DNA of 64,000 nt from positions 112,107 through 176,106 of the forward strand of contig NIVC01002420.1 in assembly GCA_002269645.1 (NCBI GenBank), written 5' to 3'. The notes beneath the pieces were generated by a model, which saw only the letters and a list, made by a program, of their open reading frames with translations, was not told the origin of the DNA and did not search any database. A program made the translations under genes and the position numbers. This document shows, piece by piece, positions 13,325-24,481 of the stretch. Position 1 is the first letter of the stretch. The number at the start of each line of letters is the position of its first letter. This stretch comes from Macrostomum lignano. Its lineage: Eukaryota.

Positions 13325-13790
13325 TGGAGAGGGAAATATTTCAGAGAGGGAGACAGAGAGAAGAGCGGGAGACAGAGAGAAGAGAGGGAGACAGAGAGAA
13401 GAGAGGGAGACAGAGAGAAGAGAGGGAGACAGAGAGAAGAGAGGAAGACAGAGAGAAGAGAGGGAAACAGAGAGAAGAGAGGGAGACAGAGAGAAGAGAG
13501 GGAGACAGAAAGAAGAGAGGGAGACAGAGAGAAGAGAGGGAGACAGAGAGAGAAGAGAGGGAGACAGAGAGAAGAGAGGGAAACAGAGAGAAGAGAGGGA
13601 AACAGAGAGAAGAGAGGGAGACAGAGAGAAGAGAGGGAAACAGAGAGAAGAGAGGGAGACAGAGAGAAGAGAGGGAGACAGAGAGAAGAGAGGGAGACAG
13701 AAAGAAGAGAGGGAGACAGAGAAGAGAGAGGGAGACAGAGAGATGAGAGGGAGACAGAGAGAAGAGAGGGAGACAGAGAGAGAGAGGAGA
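13325..13790. repeat. Intronic 19-bp GA-rich minisatellite
   Basis: GGGAGACAGAGAGAAGAGA units; source of spurious RE-rich and LS-rich ORFs. Confidence 0.96.
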
Positions 13791-14384
13791 CAACGAACAC
13801 AAACAAAACACACATCTGCAATCGCTCGAAGAATCTGCACAAAAGTACACAGACTACCGGTTTTCCCAGATACGTTTAGCTCCATCTGCTGACAAGAACT
13901 CCCTGCAGCTGAACTTTATCTGGTCGTCTTAAATTTCTCTTTCCCAAAACTGTGCGTCCATTCGGTCTGCCTACTGACTGCAGCGGGCTGGTGAACCAAA
14001 CGAGTTCGACCATAGTCAGTGCTGGACCCCACCATCCGTGATCCCGCAGCTTTCGAGATCTGCTTCTGCCTCTGTGTGTTCTACACTCCTTTCTTTATGA
14101 GGGAAATTTGTCTGTGTACAACAGCCGCTGCGGCTTCGCTCTGTCACTTTCTCTCCCTTAGTTTCTCGTCCTTCAAATCTAGGTCATAAACCTTGGATGT
14201 GCAACGGGCACGCGCTTCTTTCTAAAAGGTGCGGATTTGCAATATTGCCTGCCAAACATGTTGTCACTTTGCAATTTTTTAGCAATTCTGCTGTCGGAGA
14301 AATGCGTTATCCGAACTTCTGTTTTGCTCAATTACAGCTGGTTCGTTAAGGTATAGATGTCTGTGAGGGTCGCCATGAGGTTTC

Positions 14385-15240
14385 TGTAAGCGTCGCCATG
14401 AGGTGTCTATACGCCCGTATTGGACGCTATGAGGTATCTTCTGGGGAAGCCATGAGGTGTCTTCTGGGGGGACGCCATGAGGTGTCTTCTGGGGGGACGC
14501 CATGAGGTGTCTTCTGGGGGGACGCCATGAGGTGTCTTCTGGGGACGCCATGAGGTGTCTTCTGGGGAAGCCATGAGGTATCTTCTGGGGGGACGCCATG
14601 AGGTATCTTCTGGGGAGGCCATGAGGTGTCTTCTGAGGAAGCCATGAGGTGTCTTCTGGGGAAGCCATGAGGTGTCTTCTGGGGAAGCCATGAGGTGTCT
14701 TCTGGGGAAGCCATGAGGTGTCTTCTGGGGAAGCCATGAGGTGTCTTCTGGGGGGACGCCATGAGGTATCTTCTGGGGAGGCCATGAGGTGTCTTCTGAG
14801 GAAGCCATGAGGTGTCTTCTGGGGACGCCATGAGGTATCTTCTGGGGGGACGCCATGAGGTATCTTCTGGGGGGACGCCATGAGGTGTCTTCTGGGGAAG
14901 CCATGAGGTGTCTTCTGGGAAGCCATGAGGTGTCTTCTGGGAAGCCATGAGGTGTCTTCTGGGGACGCCATGAGGTGTCTTCTGGGGGACGCCATGAGGT
15001 GTCATCTGGGGACGCCATGAAGTGTCATCTGGGGGACGCCATGAGGTGTCTTCTGGGGACGCCATGAGGTGTATTCTGGGGGACGCTATGAGGTGTCTTC
15101 TGGGGACGCAACGAGGTGTTCACCGAAAGCTTCACGAGGTGTCTACTGAGGTTGCCATGAAGTTGACGTGTCTACTAGGAGAGCATTGAGGTGTCTACTA
15201 GATGAGCATTGAGGTGTCTACTAGAAGAGCATTGAGGTGT
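14385..15240. repeat. Intronic ~21-24-bp minisatellite (GCCATGAGGTGTCTTCTGGGG..)
   Basis: Direct reading; variable G run; degenerates toward 15240. Confidence 0.95.
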
Positions 15241-15268
15241 CTAATCATAAGCAAGATCAGTCAATCAC

Positions 15269-15545
15269 CTGTCAGGTCGCACTGTACCTCCCTGTCAGCT
15301 TTATCAGGCAGGCCGTACAGTCGCTGACGTTCAACACTGCTGTCAAGAGACGCTGGCGGAGCGTCGAAATCCTCGGCTAGAGAGGCCGGTACGGCGCCGG
15401 CCGCCGCGCCGACGCGAAGGTGACGCGTCTTCATGAATTCGCCTTCCAGAGTGGACGAAGTCAGTGACGCTTGGTCTTCGGGACGGACTGCCGCGGCCGA
15501 GGAAGCGTACAGGAGTCGGTAGATGGACTGGCTGTCCGCGCCTGA
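15269..15545 (-). CDS. Whirlin/harmonin-like gene exon (low-complexity linker)
   Basis: Donor ACA G|GTGATT at phase 1 matches the 11450 acceptor. Acceptor ctcag|TCA chosen because it fits phase 0; position uncertain. Confidence 0.6.
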
Positions 15546-15932
15546 CTGAGCTGGAGTGTCTGCCAGCGATGAGGCTGAACGCGTTGGCGGGTGGGTTGGT
15601 TTGACGAATCCCAATGACAAGGATTGGATTCTTAATCCCAAAAGGAGTTCCGATTGGAATCTTTCCCAGCTATAAAGCTTCTATTCTTATTCCAAATTCA
15701 GACAAAATCGAAGTTTCATCCACACCCATGAAGGCCCAACCCCCAAGGCACAGGGAGCGCAGTATTGACGCGCTTGCATGCGCTCAGGAATCAGCGGAAT
15801 GGGCGGATTTGCCGTCAGCGCTGGTTGTGTGACGATGTCGATATCATGGAATATAATATATTAATATCGCGACATCAAAGCCTTGATTAGGTAAACCCAT
15901 TGATGATTATTAAGTTTGATAATCATTTTTAC

Positions 15933-16451
15933 AGCTCGGGCCTCCTCACTCTTTGATCCCGAGCTCTCAGCAGTGGCGGCAGCAGCTGCGGCACCCGCGT
16001 CTCCGCTTTCAGCAGCCGGCCTTGCCGCTAAATGTCGATGTCGATGTCGCTGTCGATTATGCCGACGACGTCGTTCCTCGCCGCCGTCGTCGCCACCGCC
16101 GCTCGCCGAGATCTCGGCTTGCTGCTTCCGTTTCTCCTCCAGCAAGCGTCGTGGACTGTTCAGAGCCCAGAAGCCTTTGTCGCGCAGGTCGGACAGCGGC
16201 ATCCGGGATTTTGATGCCACCGCGGCGGCCGCAGCGTCGGTCAGCCGAACGTCGCTATCATACGAATCCCGCTCGCAGTCTGAACAGTCTTCTTTGTTGC
16301 TGCTGATGGCGCTGTTATTGTCGTCGAAGTCTTGGGCGCTGCTGCTGAGAGAGCTCGGGGCTTCGGCTGCTGTTGCTGCCGCTGAAGCAGAAATTGGCGG
16401 CTCTTCTTCCGGGAGCGAGGCGAATAGAGGCAGCTTTGATCTGTAGCGGAC
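15933..16451 (-). CDS. Whirlin/harmonin-like gene exon (Ala/Ser/Arg-rich linker)
   Basis: ttccaacag| acceptor and GCT|GTAAAA donor; 173 open codons. Confidence 0.65.
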
Positions 16452-16479
16452 CTGTTGGAAACGTATTTGGCAGTCTTTT

Positions 16480-16630
16480 GTCACCTGTTGGATACTTGGA
16501 TTGGAGACAGGAGTGTCACCTGTTAGACAGGAGTGTCACCTGTTGGATACTTGGATTGGAGACAGGAGTGTCACCTGTTAGACAGGAGTGTCACCTGCTA
16601 GGCAGAAGTGCCACCTGTTAGACAGGAGTC
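16480..16630. repeat. Short intronic repeat (GTCACCTGTTAGACAGGAGT-like)
   Basis: Direct reading. Confidence 0.85.
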
Positions 16631-16673
16631 TAAGAAAAACGACCCAAAGAATCAAGGATGCTCAAATCCCCAC

Positions 16674-17015
16674 CTGAAAAGTAGCCGACTTTAGTTTAAT
16701 AACCGAAGCCGTTTTCTCGTCCGACAGTTTTCTAATGTGTCCGCTATCCGACAAAGTGATCCTCTCCTTGTCGGCCAGCTGCGCCGCCGCTCGAAGCCGT
16801 CTGGCCGCCGCCGCCGCCGACGCTGTAGCTTCGGTTAAACCGGTTGAGTTCGCGGCGGCGAACTCGCCACCAGCGCCGCTGACGGATGTTCGACGAAGCA
16901 AAGCTGGACGGCGAGTTGCGCCGCCGATGCTGGTGCCGACGCCGTCGTTGCTGATTGTTAGGGCGGCCATTTTTTGTCCGAATCGTTGTTGGAACTCAGC
17001 TGCGATGTGGTTCTC
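16674..17015 (-). CDS. Whirlin/harmonin-like gene exon
   Basis: Open frame ENHIAAEFQQRFGQKMAALT...SATFQ with CAG|GTGGGG donor. Acceptor ttcaag| inferred from phase. Confidence 0.55.
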
Positions 17016-17164
17016 CTTGAAGGTGGTGCGAGTGGATCATTGGACTGGGGTCATTTTCGGGTTATACATGTAAGGCCATGAGTTCTTTTGGATCATAGTA
17101 TCAGGTTTATACGAGCTTTGCAACGATGCGCAACCTTATATATGTCATCGTATTGGTGTCATAG

Positions 17165-17515
17165 GTTATGAATTGTGGGTCATAGACAGGTCATGCTGCT
17201 TAGGGTCATGGATGAGTTGTGGGTCATGGACAGGTCATGCTGTTTAGGGTCATGGATGAGTTGTGGGTCATAGACAGGTCATGCTGTTTAGGGTCATGGA
17301 TGAGTTGTGGGTCATAGACAGGTCATGCTGTTTAGGGTCATGTATGAGTTGTGGGTCATAGACAGGTCATGCTGTTTAGGGTCATGAATGGATCGTGGGT
17401 CATAGACAGGTCATACAGTTGAGGGTCATGAATGGATCGTGGGTCATAGACAGGTCATACAGTTGAGGGTCATGAATGGATGGTGGGTCATAGACAGGTC
17501 ATACTGTTGTAAGTC
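17165..17515. repeat. Intronic ~44-bp minisatellite built from GGTCAT sub-repeats
   Basis: Direct reading. Confidence 0.92.
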
Positions 17516-17569
17516 GTGAAAAAATCATGGATCATGGTTTTTCAAAATTTTCATCGCTTCATCGCCAAC

Positions 17570-17822
17570 CTGCAACATAAGCTCGGCTCCTTTGAATCTG
17601 TCTCGACAAAGAGCCGCAAATTCTGGTCTTTGTTCGGCGGGCAGAAGCAACACAATTTCTCGCAGCAGATTAAACTTCTTTGGCGAATCGAGCAGCGGTT
17701 CAAGTCGGTCCACAAGCTGGGCGGGTGTCTTTGTCGTACGAAACACCTTCAGGGCCTCCTTGAATGTCTGGCATTCTTCCGATGTAAGCACCTGGTGAGC
17801 CACTTTTCGAAGGCTCACACTC
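17570..17822 (-). CDS. Harmonin-N-like (HHD) domain exon of whirlin/harmonin/PDZD7-family gene
   Basis: Reads SLRKVAHQVLTSEECQTFKEALKVFRTTKTPAQLVDRLEPLLDSPKKFNLLREIVLLLPAEQRPEFAAL, fitting the HN-like pattern. cgcag| acceptor (phase 2) and CAG|GTTGGC donor. Upstream ATG exon not identified. Confidence 0.8.
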
Positions 17823-17939
17823 CTGCGTGCATTGACGGGTTGCCAGGGTTAGGTGTCGGGGAAAGTCATACGGTGTCAGTAGAAGCAGTTGGTTGTCAAA
17901 TGAGTCATGATGGCGTCAGAATGAGGCAGTTGGGGTGTC

Positions 17940-19690
17940 AGGGAGAACACAGATGGGTTTGGCGTGTCAGAGAAAACACAGATGGGTGTCCGTGAAAACA
18001 CAGATGGGTGTCCGTGAAAACACAGATGGGTGTCCGTGAAAACACAGATGGGTGTCCGTGAAAACACAGATGGGTGTCCGTGAAAACACAGATGGGTGTC
18101 CGAGAAAACACAGATGGGTGTCCGAGAAAACACAGATGGGTGTCCGTGAAAACACAGATGGGTGTCCGGGAAAACACAGATGGGTGTCCGAGAAAACACA
18201 GATGGGTGTCCGAGAAAACACAGATGGGTGTCCGAGAAAACACAGATGGGTGTCCGAGAAAACACAGATGGGTGTCCGAGAAAACACAGATGGGTGTCCG
18301 AGAAAACACAGATGGGTGTCCGAGAAAACACAGATGGGTGTCCGTGAAAACACAGATGGGTGTCCGAGAAAACACAGATGGGTGTCCGAGAAAACACAGA
18401 TGGGTGTCCGAGAAAACACAGATGGGTGTCCGTGAAAACACAGATGGGTGTCCGAGAAAACACAGATGGGTGTCCGTGAAAACACAGATGGGTGTCCGTG
18501 AAAACACAGATGGGTGTCCGAGAAAACACAGATGGGTGTCCGAGAAAACACAGATGGGTGTCCGAGAAAACACAGATGGGTGTCCGTGAAAACACAGATG
18601 GGTGTCCGGGAAAACACAGATGGGTGTCCGAGAAAACACAGATGGGTGTCCGAGAAAACACAGATGGGTGTCCGAGAAAACACAGATGGGTGTCCGAGAA
18701 AACACAGATGGGTGTCCGAGAAAACACAGATGGGTGTCCGAGAAAACACAGATGGGTGTCCGAGAAAACACAGATGGGTGTCCGAGAAAACACAGATGGG
18801 TGTCCGTGAAAACACAGATGGGTGTCCGAGAAAACACAGATGGGTGTCCGAGAAAACACAGATGGGTGTCCGAGAAAACACAGATGGGTGTCCGAGAAAA
18901 CACAGATGGGTGTCCGAGAAAACACAGATGGGTGTCCGTGAAAACACAGATGGGTGTCCGAGAAAACACAGATGGGTGTCCGAGAAAACACAGATGGGTG
19001 TCCGAGAAAACACAGATGGGTGTCCGTGAAAACACAGATGGGTGTCCGAGAAAACACAGATGGGTGTCCGTGAAAACACAGATGGGTGTCCGTGAAAACA
19101 CAGATGGGTGTCCGAGAAAACACAGATGGGTGTCCGAGAAAACACAGATGGGTGTCCGTGAAAACACAGATGGGTGTCCGAGAAAACACAGATAGGTGTC
19201 CGTGAAAACACAGATGGGTGTCCGTGAAAACACAGATGGGTGTCCGAGAAAACACAGATGGGTGTCCGAGAAAACACAGATGGGTGTCCGTGAAAACACA
19301 GATGGGTGTCCGGGAAAACACAGATGGGTGTCCGAGAAAACACAGATGGGTGTCCGAGAAAACACAGATGGGTGTCCGAGAAAACACAGATGGGTGTCCG
19401 AGAAAACACAGATGGGTGTCCGAGAAAACACAGATGGGTGTCCGAGAAAACACAGATGGGTGTCCGAGAAAACACAGATGGGTGTCCGTGAAAACACAGA
19501 TGGGTGTCCGAGAAAACACAGATGGGTGTCCGAGAAAACACAGATGGGTGTCCGTGAAAACACAGATGGGTGTCCGAGAAAACACAGATGGGTGTCCGAG
19601 AAAACACAGATGGGTGTCCGTGAAAACACAGATGGGTGTCCGAGAAAACACAGATGGGTGTCAGAAAAACCTGTGGGGTGTCAGAGAAAA
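17940..19690. repeat. Intronic 22-bp minisatellite (GAAAACACAGATGGGTGTCCGW), ~78 copies
   Basis: Direct reading; source of the 546-591 aa spurious ORFs. Confidence 0.98.
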
Positions 19691-20804
19691 CAGTGGAGTG
19701 TCAATGCAGTGAAGTCAGACACTGCAGCCTTTTTTATCATAGCACAGATATTATCTAAGCTAATTTTGTGGCATCTGAATGACACGCAAACTAACAAAAC
19801 TAATTGATAAAATAAAATGCTAATAGAATAAATGACCAGCGAGTAGAAAAGTCATTTTAGCCGATTAGATCGCGCAACCAACAATCTTAATTGAACCAAT
19901 TAAATTTGCCATGGTCATAAATTGAGGCTAATTATTTTTCGGCTACTTCAATCAGAAAGCAATAAAACAAATTGCTTAGTACTGCGTCTGGTTATTCATT
20001 TATACTCGTAATTTGTTATTATTGCAGATCATTACCAACAGACTGTACTTTATAGAAGGATATATAATGAGACGACTTTAAAAATCCTCGCGAACACAAT
20101 GAAAAGATACTGATGCTGCTATAGGCGCTAAAATAGGGATGTCATGTAGGCGCCAAAATGAGGATGTCATGCTGGCGCCAAATAGGGATTTTATGGTGGC
20201 GCCGCCAAAATGGGGATGTCATGTTGGCTAGTACTAGTAAAATACTAGTGTCAACATTGGCGCCAAAATTCAACGAGGCATTTAAGCAACTTACTGACTA
20301 TAATTTCGTTTATTACGCGCGGACGACATTTCGAAGAAATTCCTAAAAAAGTCTAAAAAGTCTGCTTCTAAAAAACAAGGACAGAAACTGCAGAGGCCAG
20401 TGGCTGGCCAAATGTTGCAGTGCAAACGATGATGCAGGGCCAGTTGCACTGCTTTGGAGCGCTGATATTTTTGCAGGCGGATTTCTCTCTCTCTCTCTCT
20501 CTCTCTCTTCCTTCCTTCCGTTGTTCCTTTTCCCCATCGCTCCTGTATCACGGAAATGGGCCAATGGCGTGGCGGCCCAAGCCGCTGCTCCTCTCTCAGT
20601 CTATCTACGTTTCCTCTCTTCTGGATCCTCTCTCAGTCTTCTTCCCCTTAGTGGGAGCCTAGCTAGAAATGGCCAGCAGCCATGCTGCAGAGTTATTGGC
20701 AACCCCATTCACGGGTTGACAGGGTGGGTGAGGTAGGCAATTGGGGACTGCGGCCCCCCCCCCACAATCGGCGGACAAAACATAGCACCCCATTCACGGC
20801 AGGT

Positions 20805-21638
20805 GCTGGCGCCCCTTGGTGCTAAAGCCCCTTGGTGCTAAAGCCCCTTGGTGCTAAAGCCCCTTGGTGCTAAAGCCCCTTGGTGCTAAAGCCCCTTGGT
20901 GCTAAAGCCCCTTGGTGCTAAAGCCCCTTGGTGCTAAAGCCCCTTGGTGCTAAAGCCCCTTGGTGCTAAAGCCCCTTGGTGCTAAAGCCCCTTGGTGCTA
21001 AAGCCCCTTGGTGCTAAAGCCCCTTGGTGCTAAAGCCCCTTGGTGCTAAAGCCCCTTGGTGCTAAAGCCCCTTGGTGCTAAAGCCCCTTGGTGCTAAAGC
21101 CCCTTGGTGCTAAAGCCCCTTGGTGCTAAAGCCCCTTGGTGCTAAAGCCCCTTGGTGCTAAAGCCCCTTGGTGCTAAAGCCCCTTGGTGCTAAAGCCCCT
21201 TGGTGCTAAAGCCCCTTGGTGCTAAAGCCCCTTGGTGCTAAAGCCCCTTGGTGCTAAAGCCCCTTGGTGCTAAAGCCCCTTGGTGCTAAAGCCCCTTGGT
21301 GCTAAAGCCCCTTGGTGCTAAAGCCCCTTGGTGCTAAAGCCCCTTGGTGCTAAAGCCCCTTGGTGCTAAAGCCCCTTGGTGCTAAAGCCCCTTGGTGCTA
21401 AAGCCCCTTGGTGCTAAAGCCCCTTGGTGCTAAAGCCCCTTGGTGCTAAAGCCCCTTGGTGCTAAAGCCCCTTGGTGCTAAAGCCCCTTGGTGCTAAAGC
21501 CCCTTGGTGCTAAAGCCCCTTGGTGCTAAAGCCCCTTGGTGCTAAAGCCCCTTGGTGCTAAAGCCCCTTGGTGCTAAAGCCCCTTGGTGCTAAAGCCCCT
21601 TGGTGCTAAAGCCCCTTGGTGCTAAAGCCCCTTGGTGC
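20805..21638. repeat. Near-perfect 16-bp tandem array (GCCCCTTGGTGCTAAA), ~52 copies
   Basis: Direct reading; begins with one GGTGCTGGCGCCCC variant unit. Confidence 0.98.
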
Positions 21639-21989
21639 ATGTTTAATTCTGAAACTTTTTATCCTGGAAAAGCTTTTTCCGCAATTAGTTTTCCATTATT
21701 TTATATTATCACAAGCATGTATAACTGCATGCTTGTGAGCTTGGCAGCTCTTTGATCCAAGTGAATATAATGGGCTATATATAGATTTGCGCGGAATTTT
21801 ATAAAAAGTATAATTGAGCAATCACTCTGAAAATTTATAGTGACAATGCGCCTGAGCAATTGCCCGTCAAACTTGAGCATCAGGAATTATAATAGTTATT
21901 GAGCATCAGGAATTAGAGTAGTTAAATATACAGTGAATGGGTGATGGTATGTGGATATTTTAAGCCAGCTGTGTATGCATGCGGTTTAG

Positions 21990-23200
21990 CGACACGATGC
22001 TAAGTACCGCGAACTCCTACTTAAACTATAGTGACGCGGATATAGGACAATTGCTGTACTGTGTGGGAAATTAGTCGCCCACCTCCGGCCTGAGCGCCGT
22101 AGGTCAGGTTCTAACGGTGTCGCTGTCACTGTCGTGACTGCGAGCGGCAAGCTCCGCACCAGTGCCGCCGAACCCACCAGGACTCGCGGCCTGCCCAGCC
22201 GGAACCTCGAGGGCCGGCACCTCCACCCCAGCCGGCTCGCCGGAATGCACGCGCGAGCAGAGCGGACCGACGAGTCGACCACCACCACTTCTGGCCCAGA
22301 TTCGGCATCCCCACCTTTAACACTCTCACCTCAGCCACCCGTGGAGGTTGCAGGGAGCTGACCCGGTTTGCGGCCGACCTGGGCATCTCAGTTCTGGCTG
22401 TCCAAGAGCATCGCAGGACCAAAGACGAAGGTGCGGACCTGGGCCTCGGGTGGCAATTCAAGGCCGCCCCAGCCACGCCCTGGGGCGTCGGGGCTGTTGG
22501 CTAGCTGCTCTCGCCCGCCGCGTCTAAAGCCCTACTGGACATCCGGTTCCCGTCTGAGCACCTTGGTCAAGCGGCTTTTGCCCTGAAGGACAGGCGCCTG
22601 CATATTGTCTGCGTGTATGCCCCGACAGCCCCCTGCACCAGCAAGAATCCCGCTGAGACCAAAGTCCTCTACGACACTCTGGGCCATGCACCTGCTGAAT
22701 CTATAATTCCTTCACGCGATCTTGGTTTTTTTGTCGGTGATTCAATGCGCCATCTGCATGTTGATGGTCGCTTGGTGAAGAACTTCTGTGGTGTGCCGAC
22801 GCCAGTTCTGCTTATCTGTCCAGCTTCACCCAGGCCAGGGATCTGATTGCCCTTTAGTACGGCACTATGAGGCAGCGTCTCTGCAAGCTCCCGACTTTCT
22901 TTGGCCCCTAGCGGGCGGACCACGTGGCTGGACTGGGTCTTTTGCCCCTTTGCTCTCCGGTATAGAGTGCGCAGATCGTGACCAACATCCGCCCTATTTG
23001 CGTGAAGTCTCATGACCACAGCCTGAATGGTGGCCAACGCTGGACTAAGCTGATCGCCTTCCCGGGAGACTCGGCAGCCTTCCTGGACAGACTGCGCGCT
23101 GTGAACCCGGCTCTGGACCAGTCTGCTGGCTCTTTCATCAGTCATGCAGTTGAAAATGCAGCGGCCGTCCTGCCAAGGCGTGCTGTTAGGTTTCTTGTTA
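21990..23200 (+). mobile_element. Degenerate non-LTR retrotransposon (RTE-like) 5' region and APE endonuclease; RT missing
   Basis: Frameshifted motifs in expected order: PTFNTLT, GISVLAVQEHRR, GVG, LHIVCVYAPT, GD(FN)A-like, and KSHDH. Confidence 0.8.
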
Positions 23201-23487
23201 CCAACACAGGACCACTTGCACTATATATACTAGCTAGTAGTGGTCTACTATAAAGTACATAAAGTATATATAGTATTTCTTGTTTATTACACGCACATTC
23301 ACATCATCTATCTTACACGAACTTGTAAGAACTGTACATGTACCTGTACGTGTACCATGCAACAAATGTATGTACTTGTTGTTTATCATATTTTAATTTT
23401 GAGTCTAACTTTTAACTATATGAATTATTCATTCTAAAAGACTCTGATATTAAGCGTACTTTTCAGATTTCATTTTATTAGCTTTTA

Positions 23488-24481
23488 CGAGGGGTGTCCA
23501 AAAAGTAGTGATACTTTTAACCGTAGCTCTCGTTCTGTAGCTTCCTGTGATTTAAAATTTTATGAACTGATAGCGGAAAATCTCTTCTACAGACTGCTTT
23601 TTGAATTTTTAAAATTGATACCAGGGAACAAAAGTTATACCCACAAAAGTAACAGTACCTGTACCATAGAGTTACACAAATTATAGGCTGAGCTTCACGA
23701 GATCCATGCCGAGTAAGCTTCGATGAATTGTTGATTTCGGCTTGTCCAACCTGTCAGCGATCTCTCTAATGGTCATTCGGGAGTCCTCGTCAAGAAGATT
23801 CAGAATGGAGTCCACCAGTACATCAGGTTGATGAACGTATGGCTGCCCCGTCCAATGCTGATCTGCCAAGTCAATCCTTCCCTCGCTGAACTGCTCCATC
23901 CATCGATAAACTGTCATTTTGCTGACCGCAGAGGATCCGTGCGCAGAGCAAAGTTTTGCGTGAATTTCTGAGGCACCATGGCCAGCGCCCCAAAGAGTGA
24001 AGATAGTACTTTGCTGAGCAACAACTGAGTGCACATTCATGTGTGTTGTCGAGTATGGGCAATGAAATCATGAACGAATCGCAAAATGCAAGCGATCCTC
24101 TGTTTGCAAGTAAAGTAATGCATTTAATGCTTTATTTTTCTGCGCCTGATCCCGTCCATAGATAAATTTCAGTCAGTCACAGTGAGCATCATTTTGCAAT
24201 TGGGCTTTGGTATTGCTTAAACAAGACATTTATCGATGCCTTCTTAATGAATGAGTGCAGAAGTCAACTATTATAAATTTCGATATAATTTGTGTAACTC
24301 TATGGTACAGGTACTGTTACTTTTGTGGGTATAACTTTTGTTCTCTAGTATCAATTTTAAAAATTCAAAAAGCAGTCTGTAGAAGAGATTCTCCGCTATC
24401 AGTTCATAAAATTTTAAATCACAGGAAGCTACAGAACGAGAGCTACGGTTAAAAGTATCACTACTTTTTGGACACCCCTCG
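23488..24481 (-). mobile_element. Internally deleted mariner/Tc1 element with 198-bp TIRs and TA target duplication
   Basis: TA|CGAGGGGTGTCCAAAAAG ... CTTTTTGGACACCCCTCG|TA. TIRs at 23488-23685 and 24284-24481 with about 3 mismatches. Confidence 0.95.
23681..24040 (-). CDS. Truncated mariner transposase (bipartite HTH only, no DD34D domain)
   Basis: SEIHAKL..AVSKMTVYRWMEQFSEGR..GQP and RMTIREIADRL motifs. Ends at KLSL where the W(V)P linker should follow. Confidence 0.85.
   Translation of the reverse strand: MNVHSVVAQQSTIFTLWGAGHGASEIHAKLCSAHGSSAVSKMTVYRWMEQFSEGRIDLADQHWTGQPYVHQPDVLVDSILNLLDEDSRMTIREIADRLDKPKSTIHRSLLGMDLVKLSL

Noticed and set aside
13234-15065. RE-rich, LS-rich and PEDTSW ORFs
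   Set aside because: Products of 19-bp and ~22-bp minisatellites.
15265-15275. Exon junction CTGACAG|GTGA identical to the core of the 25-bp array
   Set aside because: Opposite orientation and only 11 nt; probably chance.
17876-19807. 546-591 aa ORFs and their antisense ORFs
   Set aside because: Translations of a stop-free 22-bp tandem repeat, open in all frames on one strand, inside an intron.
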